From Caldimicrobium thiodismutans (GTDB lineage: Bacteria; Desulfobacterota; Thermodesulfobacteria; Thermodesulfobacteriales; Thermodesulfobacteriaceae): a stretch of 47,783 bases of DNA. Every line of letters begins with the position of its first letter. Positions within the stretch are counted from its first letter, which is position 1. The notes beneath the pieces were generated by a model. That model saw only the letters and a program-made list of their open reading frames with translations, had not been told where the DNA came from and did not search any database. The stretch covers positions 1 to 47,783 of the forward strand of contig PNIE01000064.1 of the NCBI GenBank assembly GCA_002877875.1, given 5' to 3'. A program made the translations under genes and the position numbers. This document shows positions 1 through 9,768 of this stretch, piece after piece.

Positions 1-255
1 TTCTTTTGGTTTCTCCATTCCCGCTTCTAAGCCCATTCCAACTCCAGGAAGCCCAAACATCACTGTGCTTCCTGTGGAAAAATATTCAAGCTTACCCTCT
101 TTAACAAGTTCGTTGGCAGCATTCTTTATGTCTCTTGGATTGGCATCAGGTATTTCTCTCTGTAAATCCTTAAGATAAATTTTACTTTTACCTCCACTTC
201 CTGCCTTCTTCTGCATTACTTCAAGTATCTTTTGTTTTAAAGTTTCCTTATCCAT
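1..255 (-). CDS. dsrD: Dissimilatory sulfite reductase-associated protein DsrD (3' end runs off the window; absent from ORF track)
   Basis: Manual translation from ATG at 255: MDKETLKQKILEVMQKKAGSGGKSKIYLKDLQREIPDANPRDIKNAANELVKEGKLEYFSTGSTVMFGL...; DsrD-type K-S-K-x-Y and LEY-x-S-x-GST-x-M-x-GL motifs; directly downstream of dsrB; SD-like AAGGGGTGA upstream. Confidence 0.92.
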   Translation of the reverse strand, partial: MDKETLKQKILEVMQKKAGSGGKSKIYLKDLQREIPDANPRDIKNAANELVKEGKLEYFSTGSTVMFGLPGVGMGLEAGMEKPKE

Positions 256-288
256 CCTTCTCACCCCTTAAGATTTTTTTAATTAATA

Positions 289-306
289 CCCGCCCAAGTG
301 GGCGGG
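289..306 (-). other. GC-rich intergenic stem-loop between dsrB and dsrD
   Basis: Perfect inverted repeat CCCGCCCA-ag-TGGGCGGG in AT-rich DNA; no U-tract follows on the transcribed (minus) strand. Confidence 0.7.
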
Positions 307-316
307 AAGATATAAA

Positions 317-1546
317 TTAGTATTCGTAATCTGTCATTACCTCAACATGACTTGTGAATTTGAAATGCACAGAAGTTCTATAAGTATTATAAGCCAATCT
401 GTAATCATCAATCAGGTGCCAAGTAAATGGTATCTCGGTTAGTTCGAAAAATCTCTCCCAACCGATTCTTTCAATCCAATCTCCAACTCTTTCATATTTA
501 TTGGCATATTGAGAATAAGTCTCAAGAATCTTTTTAATCCATTTCACTGCAGTTGGCCAGCGAGGAGGCTCGTTAGGAATGTAAGGTATTACCACCTTAG
601 AAAACTTAGGTGGTGTAATTCTATTAGAAACCTTACCACCTACCACAATGGCAAGTCCATCCCCTTGGCCATCTGCAATAGGCATGGCTGGGCACATAGT
701 ATAGCAGTTCCCACAGAACATACATCTGTCTTCATTTACTCTAACGGTCTTTCTCTTTTCACCGCCTATCTCAACTGTAGCAGGTTTGATAGCACCAAGA
801 GGACAAGCTGCAATCACAAGAGGAATTTCACAAACCTTTTCAAGTCTTTCATCTTCAACAAGAGGAGGTTTTCTATGAATACCAACCACTGCAATATCTG
901 AACAGTGAACAGCACCACACATATTCAAACAACAGGCAAGAGAAATTCTTACCTGAGCTGGGAGTTTATGCGATCCAAAATACTCAAAAAGTTCATCCAT
1001 AATTGACTTAACTACACCTGAAGCATCTATTGCAGGTGTATGACAGTGAATCCAACCTTGAGTATGAACAATGTTAGTTACCGAAGCCCCTGTTCCACCA
1101 ATGGGAAATTTGTAAGATCCGCCTGGGTGTTTCCTGCTTTTCAAATCCTCAAGTAAAGCCCTCAATTTTTCCTCATCAGTTACATGAAACTCAATATTAT
1201 TACGGGTTGTCCAGCGAACATATCCATCGCAATATTTATCTGCTATCTCACAGATTTCCCTTATGTAGTCTGTGGTTTCAAGTCTTGGAGTTCCACAACG
1301 AACTACATACACGACCTCTCCTGATTCAGCCTTGTATTTCAATACTCCTGGTTGAATAATCTCATGAGATTTCCATTTTCCATAATTCCTCTGAATAACA
1401 GGTGGCAAAAACTGCCAATAGTGAGGTGGTCCAATGTCAGTAATTCTATTTTCCATAGGTTTCTGAGGATTATAAAGCTTTTCAGCTAAGGTTGGATCAT
1501 AAGGTTGAGTATAAATTGGATCTGGTTTTTCTGGCCTTTCGCTCAT
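317..1546 (-). CDS. dsrB: Dissimilatory sulfite reductase beta subunit
   Basis: [35 protein letters not shown] motifs; ferredoxin [12 protein letters not shown]. Confidence 0.98.
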   Translation of the reverse strand: MSERPEKPDPIYTQPYDPTLAEKLYNPQKPMENRITDIGPPHYWQFLPPVIQRNYGKWKSHEIIQPGVLKYKAESGEVVYVVRCGTPRLETTDYIREICEIADKYCDGYVRWTTRNNIEFHVTDEEKLRALLEDLKSRKHPGGSYKFPIGGTGASVTNIVHTQGWIHCHTPAIDASGVVKSIMDELFEYFGSHKLPAQVRISLACCLNMCGAVHCSDIAVVGIHRKPPLVEDERLEKVCEIPLVIAACPLGAIKPATVEIGGEKRKTVRVNEDRCMFCGNCYTMCPAMPIADGQGDGLAIVVGGKVSNRITPPKFSKVVIPYIPNEPPRWPTAVKWIKKILETYSQYANKYERVGDWIERIGWERFFELTEIPFTWHLIDDYRLAYNTYRTSVHFKFTSHVEVMTDYEY

Positions 1547-1587
1547 GTCCCCCTCCTTTTATAATAAATTTTGTATTTTCATCTTAA

Positions 1588-2886
1588 TTAAGCAGGATGA
1601 CGTTTTCTAAATTCAGCCACATCTCTAGTCCATCCGCCTTCAACCTCTTCTTCCTTCCAGAAAATATAAGGGTTAGAACGTGGCTCTCTAACATGCTGAG
1701 GTATTGGCTTAAGTCCAAGAACATCCACTATAAACCTATTAAGTCCAATTCTCTGAATTATTTCTCCAACTCTTTCACGATTTTTTCCGTTTTCCATCCA
1801 ATAGTCCCAAACTTTGTAGATAAGATTCTTAAGATTGTCATAAGGTGGCTCAATCTTTATAAAAGGCACAATCACCGTTGAAAGCTGAGCACCCTCAAGA
1901 ATAGGAGCTTTAGCCCCCATAAGAATTACTGCTCCTCTATCATCACCAGGTCTTAATGCCTCAGGCATAACATTAATACAGTGCATACATCTGTTACATT
2001 CTTTGTTATTTATATAAAGCTTTTTCTCCCTTTCATCCCAATACATACACTTGGTTGGACATAGATCAATGACTTCCTTTTTGATATCAAATGGACCCCA
2101 ATCTCTATCAGAGTGAGCACCTGCATTAGGTTTTAATTCCCCAGCTACATAAGCCCTAACTGCTTCCTGATCAATTTTAATATCATCCCTCCAAATCCCG
2201 ATAATTGAAAAATCCGCACGGGCTATAGCAGCCACACAATCATTGGGACAGCCTGAAACTTTTATCTTGAATTTATAAGGAAAGGCCGGACGATGGAGCT
2301 CATCCTGGAATTGCATAGTCAATTCATAAACAATATCTTGAGTATCAATACAGGCCCATTCACATCTGGACATTCCCATACAACACTCAGGAGTTCTAAG
2401 ATTTGATCCAGATCCTCCAAGGTCCATCTTTAGCTGATGAGTTAAATCATAAAAAACATATTCCAATTGCTCAGTTACAGTCCCAAGAAGAATAATATCC
2501 CCCGTTGATCCATGGAAGTTCACAAGTCCAGAACCACGATGATCCCAAAGGTCGCAGAGCTTTCTTAAAGCTGAAGTATGATACCATTTAGCTGCAGGCT
2601 GATTCACACGAATAGTATGAAAGGCCCAAATAGAAGGAAATTTATCCTGCTGATCAGAATATCTTCCAATAACACCACCACCATACCCGAAAACCCCAAC
2701 TATTCCACCATGCTTCCAATGAGTCTCCTTTTCTTTGTAAGAAAGCTCCATCTGCCCTAGAACATCAAACCCTGACTGTTTCTTGTGCTTCTCAGCATAG
2801 TTATAAATATCATCTACAAAACTTGGCCAGGGGCCAGATTTTAATTGATCCAGCAATGGCGTCTCATGTTTTTTGACCTCTCCCAT
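1588..2886 (-). CDS. dsrA: Dissimilatory sulfite reductase alpha subunit
   Basis: TPLLDQLKSGPWPSFV, HWKHGGIVGVFGYGGGVIGRY, siroheme/FeS motif CMGMSRC...GCPNDC. Confidence 0.98.
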   Translation of the reverse strand: MGEVKKHETPLLDQLKSGPWPSFVDDIYNYAEKHKKQSGFDVLGQMELSYKEKETHWKHGGIVGVFGYGGGVIGRYSDQQDKFPSIWAFHTIRVNQPAAKWYHTSALRKLCDLWDHRGSGLVNFHGSTGDIILLGTVTEQLEYVFYDLTHQLKMDLGGSGSNLRTPECCMGMSRCEWACIDTQDIVYELTMQFQDELHRPAFPYKFKIKVSGCPNDCVAAIARADFSIIGIWRDDIKIDQEAVRAYVAGELKPNAGAHSDRDWGPFDIKKEVIDLCPTKCMYWDEREKKLYINNKECNRCMHCINVMPEALRPGDDRGAVILMGAKAPILEGAQLSTVIVPFIKIEPPYDNLKNLIYKVWDYWMENGKNRERVGEIIQRIGLNRFIVDVLGLKPIPQHVREPRSNPYIFWKEEEVEGGWTRDVAEFRKRHPA

Positions 2887-2919
2887 AATAATCTCCCTAC
2901 AGTTTTTTATATTTTTATA

Positions 2920-2947
2920 ATCCTACTAAGTTATTTTAAGTTGTCAA
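2920..2947 (-). promoter_or_regulatory. Putative sigma70 promoter of dsrABD
   Basis: Minus strand TTGACA (2947-2942), 16-nt spacer, TAGGAT (2925-2920). Confidence 0.55.
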
Positions 2948-3101
2948 GGTGTGTTTTCCAAAATTAATTTTAAAATGCTCATAATTTTGATTTTTTTTTC
3001 TAAAAAATTTTTATTTTTTTAAATCAAAATGCCCAGATTTTTAGTTTTGGTAAAAAGAGTTATAGAATTCTTACCAAAATATCTTAAAATTTAATCTTAA
3101 A

Positions 3102-3563
3102 ATGAAAACTTTCTTCCTTGAAGCCTCATTATCAGGACTTTGTAAATGGCTAAGATTCCTCGGTTATAAAGCCATAATTGCCACGGGTAAACTAACCAAA
3201 GAGGAAATTCTTAAAAATCAGGACAAATTCTTTCTAATAACAAGTCCTAAAACCGCTGAAATTTTAGACAAATTACAAATAGATTATCTCCTCCTTCCTA
3301 GGGATTCTCTTAGAACTCAGCTTTTAATTCTCTTAGGAAAGTTAAATCTAAAACCAGAACTTTCCCTTGATCTCTGCACTCTTTGTGGAACCAAACTTAT
3401 TCCTATTAAAAAAGAAGCTTTCAAAGAAAGGATACCTCCTAAAGTTTGGGAAAAATACTCGGAATTTAACTATTGCCCCAAATGCGATAAACTCTATTGG
3501 GAAGGCGATCACATAAAAAGATTAAAAAGGCGTTTCAAAAAATTAATTAGTCCCTTCTTTTAA
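3102..3563 (+). CDS. Mut7-C (PIN-like) domain protein with C-terminal Zn ribbon
   Basis: L-x-KWLRFLGY N-terminal motif; CTLC...CPKC..LYWEG.H typical of Mut7-C/DUF82. Confidence 0.85.
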   Translation: MKTFFLEASLSGLCKWLRFLGYKAIIATGKLTKEEILKNQDKFFLITSPKTAEILDKLQIDYLLLPRDSLRTQLLILLGKLNLKPELSLDLCTLCGTKLIPIKKEAFKERIPPKVWEKYSEFNYCPKCDKLYWEGDHIKRLKRRFKKLISPFF

Positions 3564-4529
3564 TTGTCTCAAAAGGGCATCGAGTAACTTTTCGGCATCA
3601 ACAATCAAAGCAACATGTGACATTTTTACCAGAGGAGCTTCTTTATCTATATTTACAGCTATTATAAATTCTGAATTTTCCATACCGATGGTATGCTGAA
3701 TAGCCCCAGATATTCCAAAACCTATATAAAGTTTAGGCCTAACAGTTACACCACTTACTCCTATCATGTGATCTTCTTCAGCCCAGCCAGCATAACAAAG
3801 AGGTCTTGTAACCCCAATCTCTGCCTCAAGGATCTCTGCTAGGATCTTTAATTTTTCAAAATTTTCCTTGGTCTTAAGCCCTAACCCCCCTGCAAGAATT
3901 ACTTTGGCTACAGCCAATTTGTTGGGCTCCCTCTTCACAGGCTTGATACTTCTTACTCTTAGTTTACTCACCAAATTTAAAGGCTCCTTTAATTTTATCT
4001 TCTTTAGTTCTGGTTTCTTTGTGTTTTCTCTAATAGGAAAGGCATTAAGAGAAAGGGTTGCCATAATAGGAAAGGTTGTTGAATATAACTTTGCAATGAT
4101 ATTATCTCCGTATGATGGTCTTAGCATATAAAGAGTTTCTCCTTCTATCTCAAAAGAGTTTACATGAGCACAAAGGCCTACCTCAAGCTCTCCTGCCACT
4201 CTTGGTGCAAGAGCCATTCCCTGAAGAGTAGCTGGGAAAAAAACTCCGTAAGGATTGGTCTCTTTAATCAGGTTTACTATAACTTTGCCAAAAAGGTCAT
4301 CCTTAAAATCCTTAAGTTCCCTATTCTCCAAATACCATATTTCATCACAAAGGGCCTTTTCAAGCTCTCTCACTTCCTTAAGCCTCTCAGAGTCATCAAC
4401 AAGCATAAATAAGATAAGTCTCTTTTGCAACTTATCCGCGATTTCTCTTAAAGGCGTAAGAATTTCAAGACTTGCCGGATGAAGTTTACCTGTATGATAT
4501 TCTCCATAGGCAAAAATATAATCTCTCAT
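3543..4529 (-). CDS. etfA: Electron transfer flavoprotein alpha subunit
   Basis: RPSYG, PKLYIGFGISGAIQH..GM, IIAVNIDKEAP FAD-domain motifs. Confidence 0.93.
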   Translation of the reverse strand: MRDYIFAYGEYHTGKLHPASLEILTPLREIADKLQKRLILFMLVDDSERLKEVRELEKALCDEIWYLENRELKDFKDDLFGKVIVNLIKETNPYGVFFPATLQGMALAPRVAGELEVGLCAHVNSFEIEGETLYMLRPSYGDNIIAKLYSTTFPIMATLSLNAFPIRENTKKPELKKIKLKEPLNLVSKLRVRSIKPVKREPNKLAVAKVILAGGLGLKTKENFEKLKILAEILEAEIGVTRPLCYAGWAEEDHMIGVSGVTVRPKLYIGFGISGAIQHTIGMENSEFIIAVNIDKEAPLVKMSHVALIVDAEKLLDALLRQLKEGTN

Positions 4530-4544
4530 TTTTTTCTTACCTCC

Positions 4545-5333
4545 TCAAGCTTTGAGGAATCCTTTTTCTTTTAACAGGGTAATTAATCTTTTAGCAAGCT
4601 CCTCGGGTTCACCCTCCCAGATCTCACCTTTATCTGCAAATTTTTTCTCAAAAACCCCTGAAACCCTGGTAGGTGACCCTGAAAGTCCAAGTTTTTCAAT
4701 ACTAAGTTCAAGATCTTTAGCAGACCAAATTTCCAGCTCTCGATTTTTTACTTCAAGCAATCTTTTAAAGGAAGGAGGTCTAAAATAATCCAATTTGGGA
4801 TATAAGCTTGCAACTATTGGTGGCTCAGCTTCTAATTCTTCAAGGCCATATTCTGTTTCTCTCAAGGCTATAATTTTCTTATCTTCAAAAAAGAGGTCTT
4901 TAACATTTGTAATAGAGGGAATTCCAAGGAGAGCAGCTGTCTCTGGAGGGACTTGGGCTGTTTCCCCATCAGCTGATTTTAGCCCCATAAGTACAAGATC
5001 AAAGGGAGCAAGTTTTTTAATAGCTTGAGCAAGGACTCTACTGGTTGCCAAAGTATCTGCTCCTGCAAAAGCTCTGTCTGAAAGAAGAATGATTCTATCC
5101 GCGCAAATTGAATAGGCCTCTCTTAAAAGAGGAATTACATTGGGAGGCCCCATACTGATAGCAATGACTTCGGCATGGTATTTTTCTTTAAGCCTTGCTG
5201 CTATCTCCAGGGCACTTCTGTCAAAGGGATTAAGCATAAGCTCTGCCGATTCCCTTCTTAAGGTATGAGTTTCAGGATCTACTTTTACCGTCTCTAATTT
5301 AGGAACTCCTTTAATAGAAACAATTATTCTCAC
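4545..5333 (-). CDS. etfB: Electron transfer flavoprotein beta subunit
   Basis: NPFD, SMGPP, SDRAFAGADTLATS, DGETAQVP, GLSGSPTRV. Confidence 0.94.
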   Translation of the reverse strand: MRIIVSIKGVPKLETVKVDPETHTLRRESAELMLNPFDRSALEIAARLKEKYHAEVIAISMGPPNVIPLLREAYSICADRIILLSDRAFAGADTLATSRVLAQAIKKLAPFDLVLMGLKSADGETAQVPPETAALLGIPSITNVKDLFFEDKKIIALRETEYGLEELEAEPPIVASLYPKLDYFRPPSFKRLLEVKNRELEIWSAKDLELSIEKLGLSGSPTRVSGVFEKKFADKGEIWEGEPEELAKRLITLLKEKGFLKA

Positions 5334-5342
5334 CCTTTCCTC

Positions 5343-6497
5343 CTATTTATAAACCTTTGAAAGTTCGCGAGCTATAACATTTTTCTGAATTTCATTGGTT
5401 CCCTCATAAATTTGAAGACATTTGACATCTCTGAAAAACTTCTGGACTGGATAATCTCTCATATAGCCGTAACCACCCATCATTTGAATAGCCCTCTCGC
5501 AAATCCACATAGCCTGATCTGTGGCAAAACACTTGGCCATAGCTGAGGCCCCTGAAAAATCCTTAGCCCCAGCATCAATAAATTTGGCTACCTGATATAC
5601 AAGGGCCCTTGAAGCCTCAAGACGCATTGTCATTTCTGCAAAGGTATGGCTTACTGCCTGAAAGTTATAAACAGGCTGGCCAAACTGAATTCTCTTTTTG
5701 GCATGTTTTATACTAACTTCCAATGCCGCCTGAGCCACTCCAAGAGCTTGAGCTCCAGCCCCACATCTGGCATAATCAAGAGTTTTTAAAGCTACCATAA
5801 AACCCATACCCTCACGGCTAAGAAGTCTATCAGCGGGAATCTTGCAATCATTGAAAATAAGATCAGTAGTGACTGAACTCCTTAGGCCTAGCTTTTTCTC
5901 TTTTTTTCCTGCTGAAAAACCAGGATCACCCTTTTCCACAATAAAGGCACTGGCACCACGGGGACCCTTAGCTGGGTCAGTAAGGGCTATTACTATGTTA
6001 ATATCTGCTAAGCCACCATTGGTTATCCACTGTTTTACACCATTTAACACATAATAGTCTCCTTCTTTTCTTGCTGTGGTTTTAATACCAAAAGCGTCAC
6101 TTCCTGCCTGAGGCTCTGTTAAAGCAAAGGCACAAAGTTTTTTTCCTCTTGCAATATCAGGCAAATATTTCTCTTTTTGTTTTTCGTTACCAAAAAGAAT
6201 TAGAGGATAGGCCCCAAGAAAGGAGGCTGCATAAGTGGTAGAGACTCCAGCACAGTAATAGGATAACCATTCAACAGCAAGGCACATCTCAAAGACTCCC
6301 ATTCCAAGGCCACCATATTCCTTAGGCACAATTATGCCAAAAAGATCAGCATCAGCTAAAGCCCTTATAGGCCTATTGTCAAAACTCTCTTTCTCATCCC
6401 ATTCAAGAGCAAAAGGAGCTATGTATTCCTCTCCAATTCTTTTAATAAGTTCAACAAGAAGACTTTGTTCCTCTGTTAATGAATATTTGACAAGCAT
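5343..6497 (-). CDS. Short-chain (butyryl-CoA-type) acyl-CoA dehydrogenase
   Basis: FALTEPQAGSDA, KQWITNG, GGYGYMRDYP, IYEGTNEIQ. Confidence 0.93.
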   Translation of the reverse strand: MLVKYSLTEEQSLLVELIKRIGEEYIAPFALEWDEKESFDNRPIRALADADLFGIIVPKEYGGLGMGVFEMCLAVEWLSYYCAGVSTTYAASFLGAYPLILFGNEKQKEKYLPDIARGKKLCAFALTEPQAGSDAFGIKTTARKEGDYYVLNGVKQWITNGGLADINIVIALTDPAKGPRGASAFIVEKGDPGFSAGKKEKKLGLRSSVTTDLIFNDCKIPADRLLSREGMGFMVALKTLDYARCGAGAQALGVAQAALEVSIKHAKKRIQFGQPVYNFQAVSHTFAEMTMRLEASRALVYQVAKFIDAGAKDFSGASAMAKCFATDQAMWICERAIQMMGGYGYMRDYPVQKFFRDVKCLQIYEGTNEIQKNVIARELSKVYK

Positions 6498-6530
6498 TCT
6501 CCTTACCCCTTAATGACAGTTTAAGCCATT

Positions 6531-7553
6531 TTAACTTATTTTTAAAACTTTGGCCCCCTTTATTCTGTGATTTTTAAGATCTTCAAGAGCTTTGTAAGCC
6601 TCTTCAAAGGAATAAATCTCAACTTCTGGCTCAATTTGTGCTCTCTCCACTAATTTTAAGAATTCTTCAATATCTTTGCGGGTAATATTAGCCACGGTCT
6701 TTATTTCCTTTTCAAGCCAAAGGTCCCTCTCATAAGAAAGATTTAGAAGAAAGTCTATATCTTGATTCTCCTTTCTTATAGCATTTATAACTAATCTTCC
6801 TCCAGGTCTTAAATATCTTAAAAAGTAAAAAGGAGGTTTCCAAACAGGGGTTGTATCAATTAGGGCATAAGGATAATCCTCTGGTTCCTCCTCAAGATCT
6901 AAGGCAAAATCAGCTCCAAGTCTAAGGGCCATTTCTCTCTGCTTAGGATTTCTTGCAAAAACAATAACAGGAGAATTAGGATATAGAACCTTTGACATTT
7001 TTAAAACTAAGTGATTTGAGGCGCCAAATCCTATCAAACCCAAGATATCCCCATTTTTAATCCCTGAGAGTTTTAAAGCCCTGTAACCAATGCTTCCAGC
7101 ACAAAAGAGTGGAGCAAGCTTTTCAGGAGCCTTTCCTTTGGGTAATTTAAAGGCAAACTCCTCTTTGATTTTGAAATACTCTGCATATCCACCATGGGCA
7201 TCTTTGCCAGTCCCTTTAAATTCAGGACATAGATTTTCAAGGCCCTTTTTACAGAATTCACAGTGCCCACAGGAAGAGTAAATCCAGCCAGCTCCGGCAA
7301 GATCTCCCACTTTAAAATTTTTAACAGCTTCCCCAACTGCAATAACTTCTCCCACTATCTGATGACCAGGAATGATTGGCAAAAAAGCAGGTTCAGCCCT
7401 ACCCTCTATCTCATCAAGTTCAGTATGACAAACTCCGCAAGCCTTAACTTTAAGAAGTATTTCTTCAGATGAAATCTCTGGATCTTTTACCTCAGAGAGA
7501 AAAAAATTTTTAGGACTAAGCTCTCCTACTTCTCTTATAATCCAAGCTTTCAT
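6531..7553 (-). CDS. Zinc-dependent alcohol dehydrogenase (MDR family)
   Basis: CGVCHTE, PGHQIVG, structural Zn CGHCEFC...C, GFGAS dinucleotide motif. Confidence 0.9.
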   Translation of the reverse strand: MKAWIIREVGELSPKNFFLSEVKDPEISSEEILLKVKACGVCHTELDEIEGRAEPAFLPIIPGHQIVGEVIAVGEAVKNFKVGDLAGAGWIYSSCGHCEFCKKGLENLCPEFKGTGKDAHGGYAEYFKIKEEFAFKLPKGKAPEKLAPLFCAGSIGYRALKLSGIKNGDILGLIGFGASNHLVLKMSKVLYPNSPVIVFARNPKQREMALRLGADFALDLEEEPEDYPYALIDTTPVWKPPFYFLRYLRPGGRLVINAIRKENQDIDFLLNLSYERDLWLEKEIKTVANITRKDIEEFLKLVERAQIEPEVEIYSFEEAYKALEDLKNHRIKGAKVLKIS

Positions 7554-7628
7554 AGAAGTTAATTATAGCTCAAATTTTTATAATCAAAAAGATCTCTTTA
7601 GGAAGAAAATATGGACACATAAATCCTC

Positions 7629-7656
7629 TTGACAAGAATACAAAATGGGTTATTTT
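7629..7656 (+). promoter_or_regulatory. Putative sigma70 promoter for tRNA-Val/thrS
   Basis: TTGACA (7629-7634), 16-nt spacer, TATTTT (7651-7656). Confidence 0.55.
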
Positions 7657-7672
7657 AAATCTATTGTAAAAT

Positions 7673-7747
7673 AGGCGCGTAGCTCAGTGGGAGAGCGCTT
7701 GCTTGACGCGCAAGAGGTCGGCGGTTCGATCCCGCCCGCGCCTACCA
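7673..7747 (+). tRNA. tRNA-Val (anticodon GAC)
   Basis: Acceptor stem AGGCGCG/CGCGCCT, D-arm GCTC...GAGC, anticodon arm CTTGC-TT-GAC-GC-GCAAG, T-loop GGTTCGATCCC, encoded CCA. Confidence 0.97.
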
Positions 7748-7782
7748 TTTTAGTCGTTGAAAAGGGAGATTCTACTTAAGAA

Positions 7783-9705
7783 TTGAAAATCTACATAAAA
7801 GATTTCGGCGAATTCTCTTTAGATCCAGAAAAACCTTTAAAAATTCTTCTTCCTGAATTAAAGAAAATAAAATCCGAAAAGGGACTTCCTATAGCCTTTA
7901 AACTAAACGGAGAAATCATAGATTGGCATACTCCGATCTCAGCCTCAGAGACGATAGTCTTAGAACCTATTTATCCTGATACTAAAGAAGCTCTTGAAGT
8001 TTTGAGGCACACTGCCTCTCATCTTTTAGCTCAGGCAGTTAAAGAATTATTTCCTGAGGCAAAACTTGGGATTGGACCAGCTATAGAAGAAGGTTTTTAT
8101 TATGACATCTACTATGAGCGCCCATTCACTGAAGAAGATCTAAAGTCTTTAGAAAAGAAAATCAAAGAATTGATTAAGAGAAATCTTCCCTTAGAGAGAA
8201 GGGAGCTTTCAAAGGATGAGGCCAAGGAGCTTTTTTCAAAGCTTAAAGAGGATTTTAAGTTGGAATTAATTGAAGAATTACCTGATTCCAAGGTAAGCAT
8301 CTACACTCAGGGAGAGTTTATAGATCTTTGCAAAGGTCCCCATCTTCTATCCACAGGGCAAGTTAAGGCTTTTAAGCTATTATCTGTATCCGGAGCCTAC
8401 TGGAGAGGAAATGAAAAAAATCCCATGCTCTGGCGCATCTATGGCACAGCCTTTTTCAAAGATGAGGATCTTGAGAGCTATCTTAACTGGCTTGAAGAGG
8501 TTAAAAAAAGGGACCATAGAAAACTGGGAAAAGAACTTGAGCTTTTCGCTATTGAGGAAGACATAGGGCCTGGCCTGGTCATCTGGTTACCTAAGGGAGC
8601 CTTAGTAAGAAAGATTATTGAAGATCTCTGGAAGGAGGAACATTTGAAAAGGGGCTATCACTTAGTTTATACCCCTCATATTGCCCTCAGAGATCTCTGG
8701 AAGACCTCAGGACATCTTGACTATTATTCTGAAAATATGTTCCCACCCATGGAACTTGAAAACAGAGCCTATCAATTAAAACCAATGAATTGTCCTTTTC
8801 ATATCTATATTTACAATCAAAAGAGAAGAAGTTATAGAGAATTCCCCATAAGACTTTGTGAATTAGGAACAGTCTATAGATATGAGAGAAGTGGAGTTTT
8901 ACATGGCCTTTTAAGAGTAAGAGGCTTTACCCAAGATGATGCCCACATCTATTGTAGAGAAGATCAACTGGAAGAGGAACTCATCCAGGTGCTTGATTTG
9001 GTAATTTATTTTCTCACTCTTTTTGGCTTTAAAGAATATCAAATTTTCCTCTCCACAAGGCCAGAAAAATTTGTGGGAGATCCAGCTATCTGGGACAAAG
9101 CAGAAGAGGCACTTAAACAGGCCCTTGAGGCTAAAGGACTTTCCTATGAGATTGATCCAGGAGAAGGGGTTTTCTATGGTCCAAAGATTGATTTGAAGAT
9201 AAAGGATGTGCTTGGAAGATTTTGGCAGTGTTCAACTATTCAAGTAGATTTTAATCTTCCCGAAAGGTTTAATCTGGTATACATTGGAGAAGACAACCAA
9301 TTTCATCGTCCCATTATGATACATCGTGCCCTTCTTGGGTCTCTTGAGAGATTTTTTGGAGTTTTAATTGAACATTATGGAGGAGCCTTCCCCTTCTGGC
9401 TCTCTCCTGTCCAGATAAAAGTTATGACTCTTACTGACAGAAATATTCCTTACGCTGAAAAGATTTTTCAAGAACTAATAAAAGCTGGTTTTCGTGTAGA
9501 GAAGGATTTTCGTCCAGAAAAAATAAATTATAAAATCCGCTCTGCCCAGCTTGAAAAAATTCCCTATATGGTAATTATAGGCGATAAAGAAGAAATGAGT
9601 CAAACCATAAGTGTGAGAAAAAGAAGCGGTGAGGTTATCCAAAATATTAAGCTCTCTGATTTTATGGAAACTCTTCAAAAAGAAAATCAAATTCAAGTCT
9701 CTTAA
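7783..9705 (+). CDS. thrS: Threonine--tRNA ligase (TTG start)
   Basis: RHTASH, DLCKGPH, RDHRKLG, KPMNCP, RVRGFTQDDAH. Confidence 0.98.
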   Translation: MKIYIKDFGEFSLDPEKPLKILLPELKKIKSEKGLPIAFKLNGEIIDWHTPISASETIVLEPIYPDTKEALEVLRHTASHLLAQAVKELFPEAKLGIGPAIEEGFYYDIYYERPFTEEDLKSLEKKIKELIKRNLPLERRELSKDEAKELFSKLKEDFKLELIEELPDSKVSIYTQGEFIDLCKGPHLLSTGQVKAFKLLSVSGAYWRGNEKNPMLWRIYGTAFFKDEDLESYLNWLEEVKKRDHRKLGKELELFAIEEDIGPGLVIWLPKGALVRKIIEDLWKEEHLKRGYHLVYTPHIALRDLWKTSGHLDYYSENMFPPMELENRAYQLKPMNCPFHIYIYNQKRRSYREFPIRLCELGTVYRYERSGVLHGLLRVRGFTQDDAHIYCREDQLEEELIQVLDLVIYFLTLFGFKEYQIFLSTRPEKFVGDPAIWDKAEEALKQALEAKGLSYEIDPGEGVFYGPKIDLKIKDVLGRFWQCSTIQVDFNLPERFNLVYIGEDNQFHRPIMIHRALLGSLERFFGVLIEHYGGAFPFWLSPVQIKVMTLTDRNIPYAEKIFQELIKAGFRVEKDFRPEKINYKIRSAQLEKIPYMVIIGDKEEMSQTISVRKRSGEVIQNIKLSDFMETLQKENQIQVS

Positions 9706-9768
9706 TGCTTTCAAAAAAGAATTATCTCCCTTTAAAGGAGGTGATAAAAATCAAAATGGGAGGAGAGT

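Noticed and set aside
7673-7782. tRNA as an integration site of a mobile element
   Set aside because: No integrase, no duplicated tRNA 3' end noticed, and thrS follows immediately
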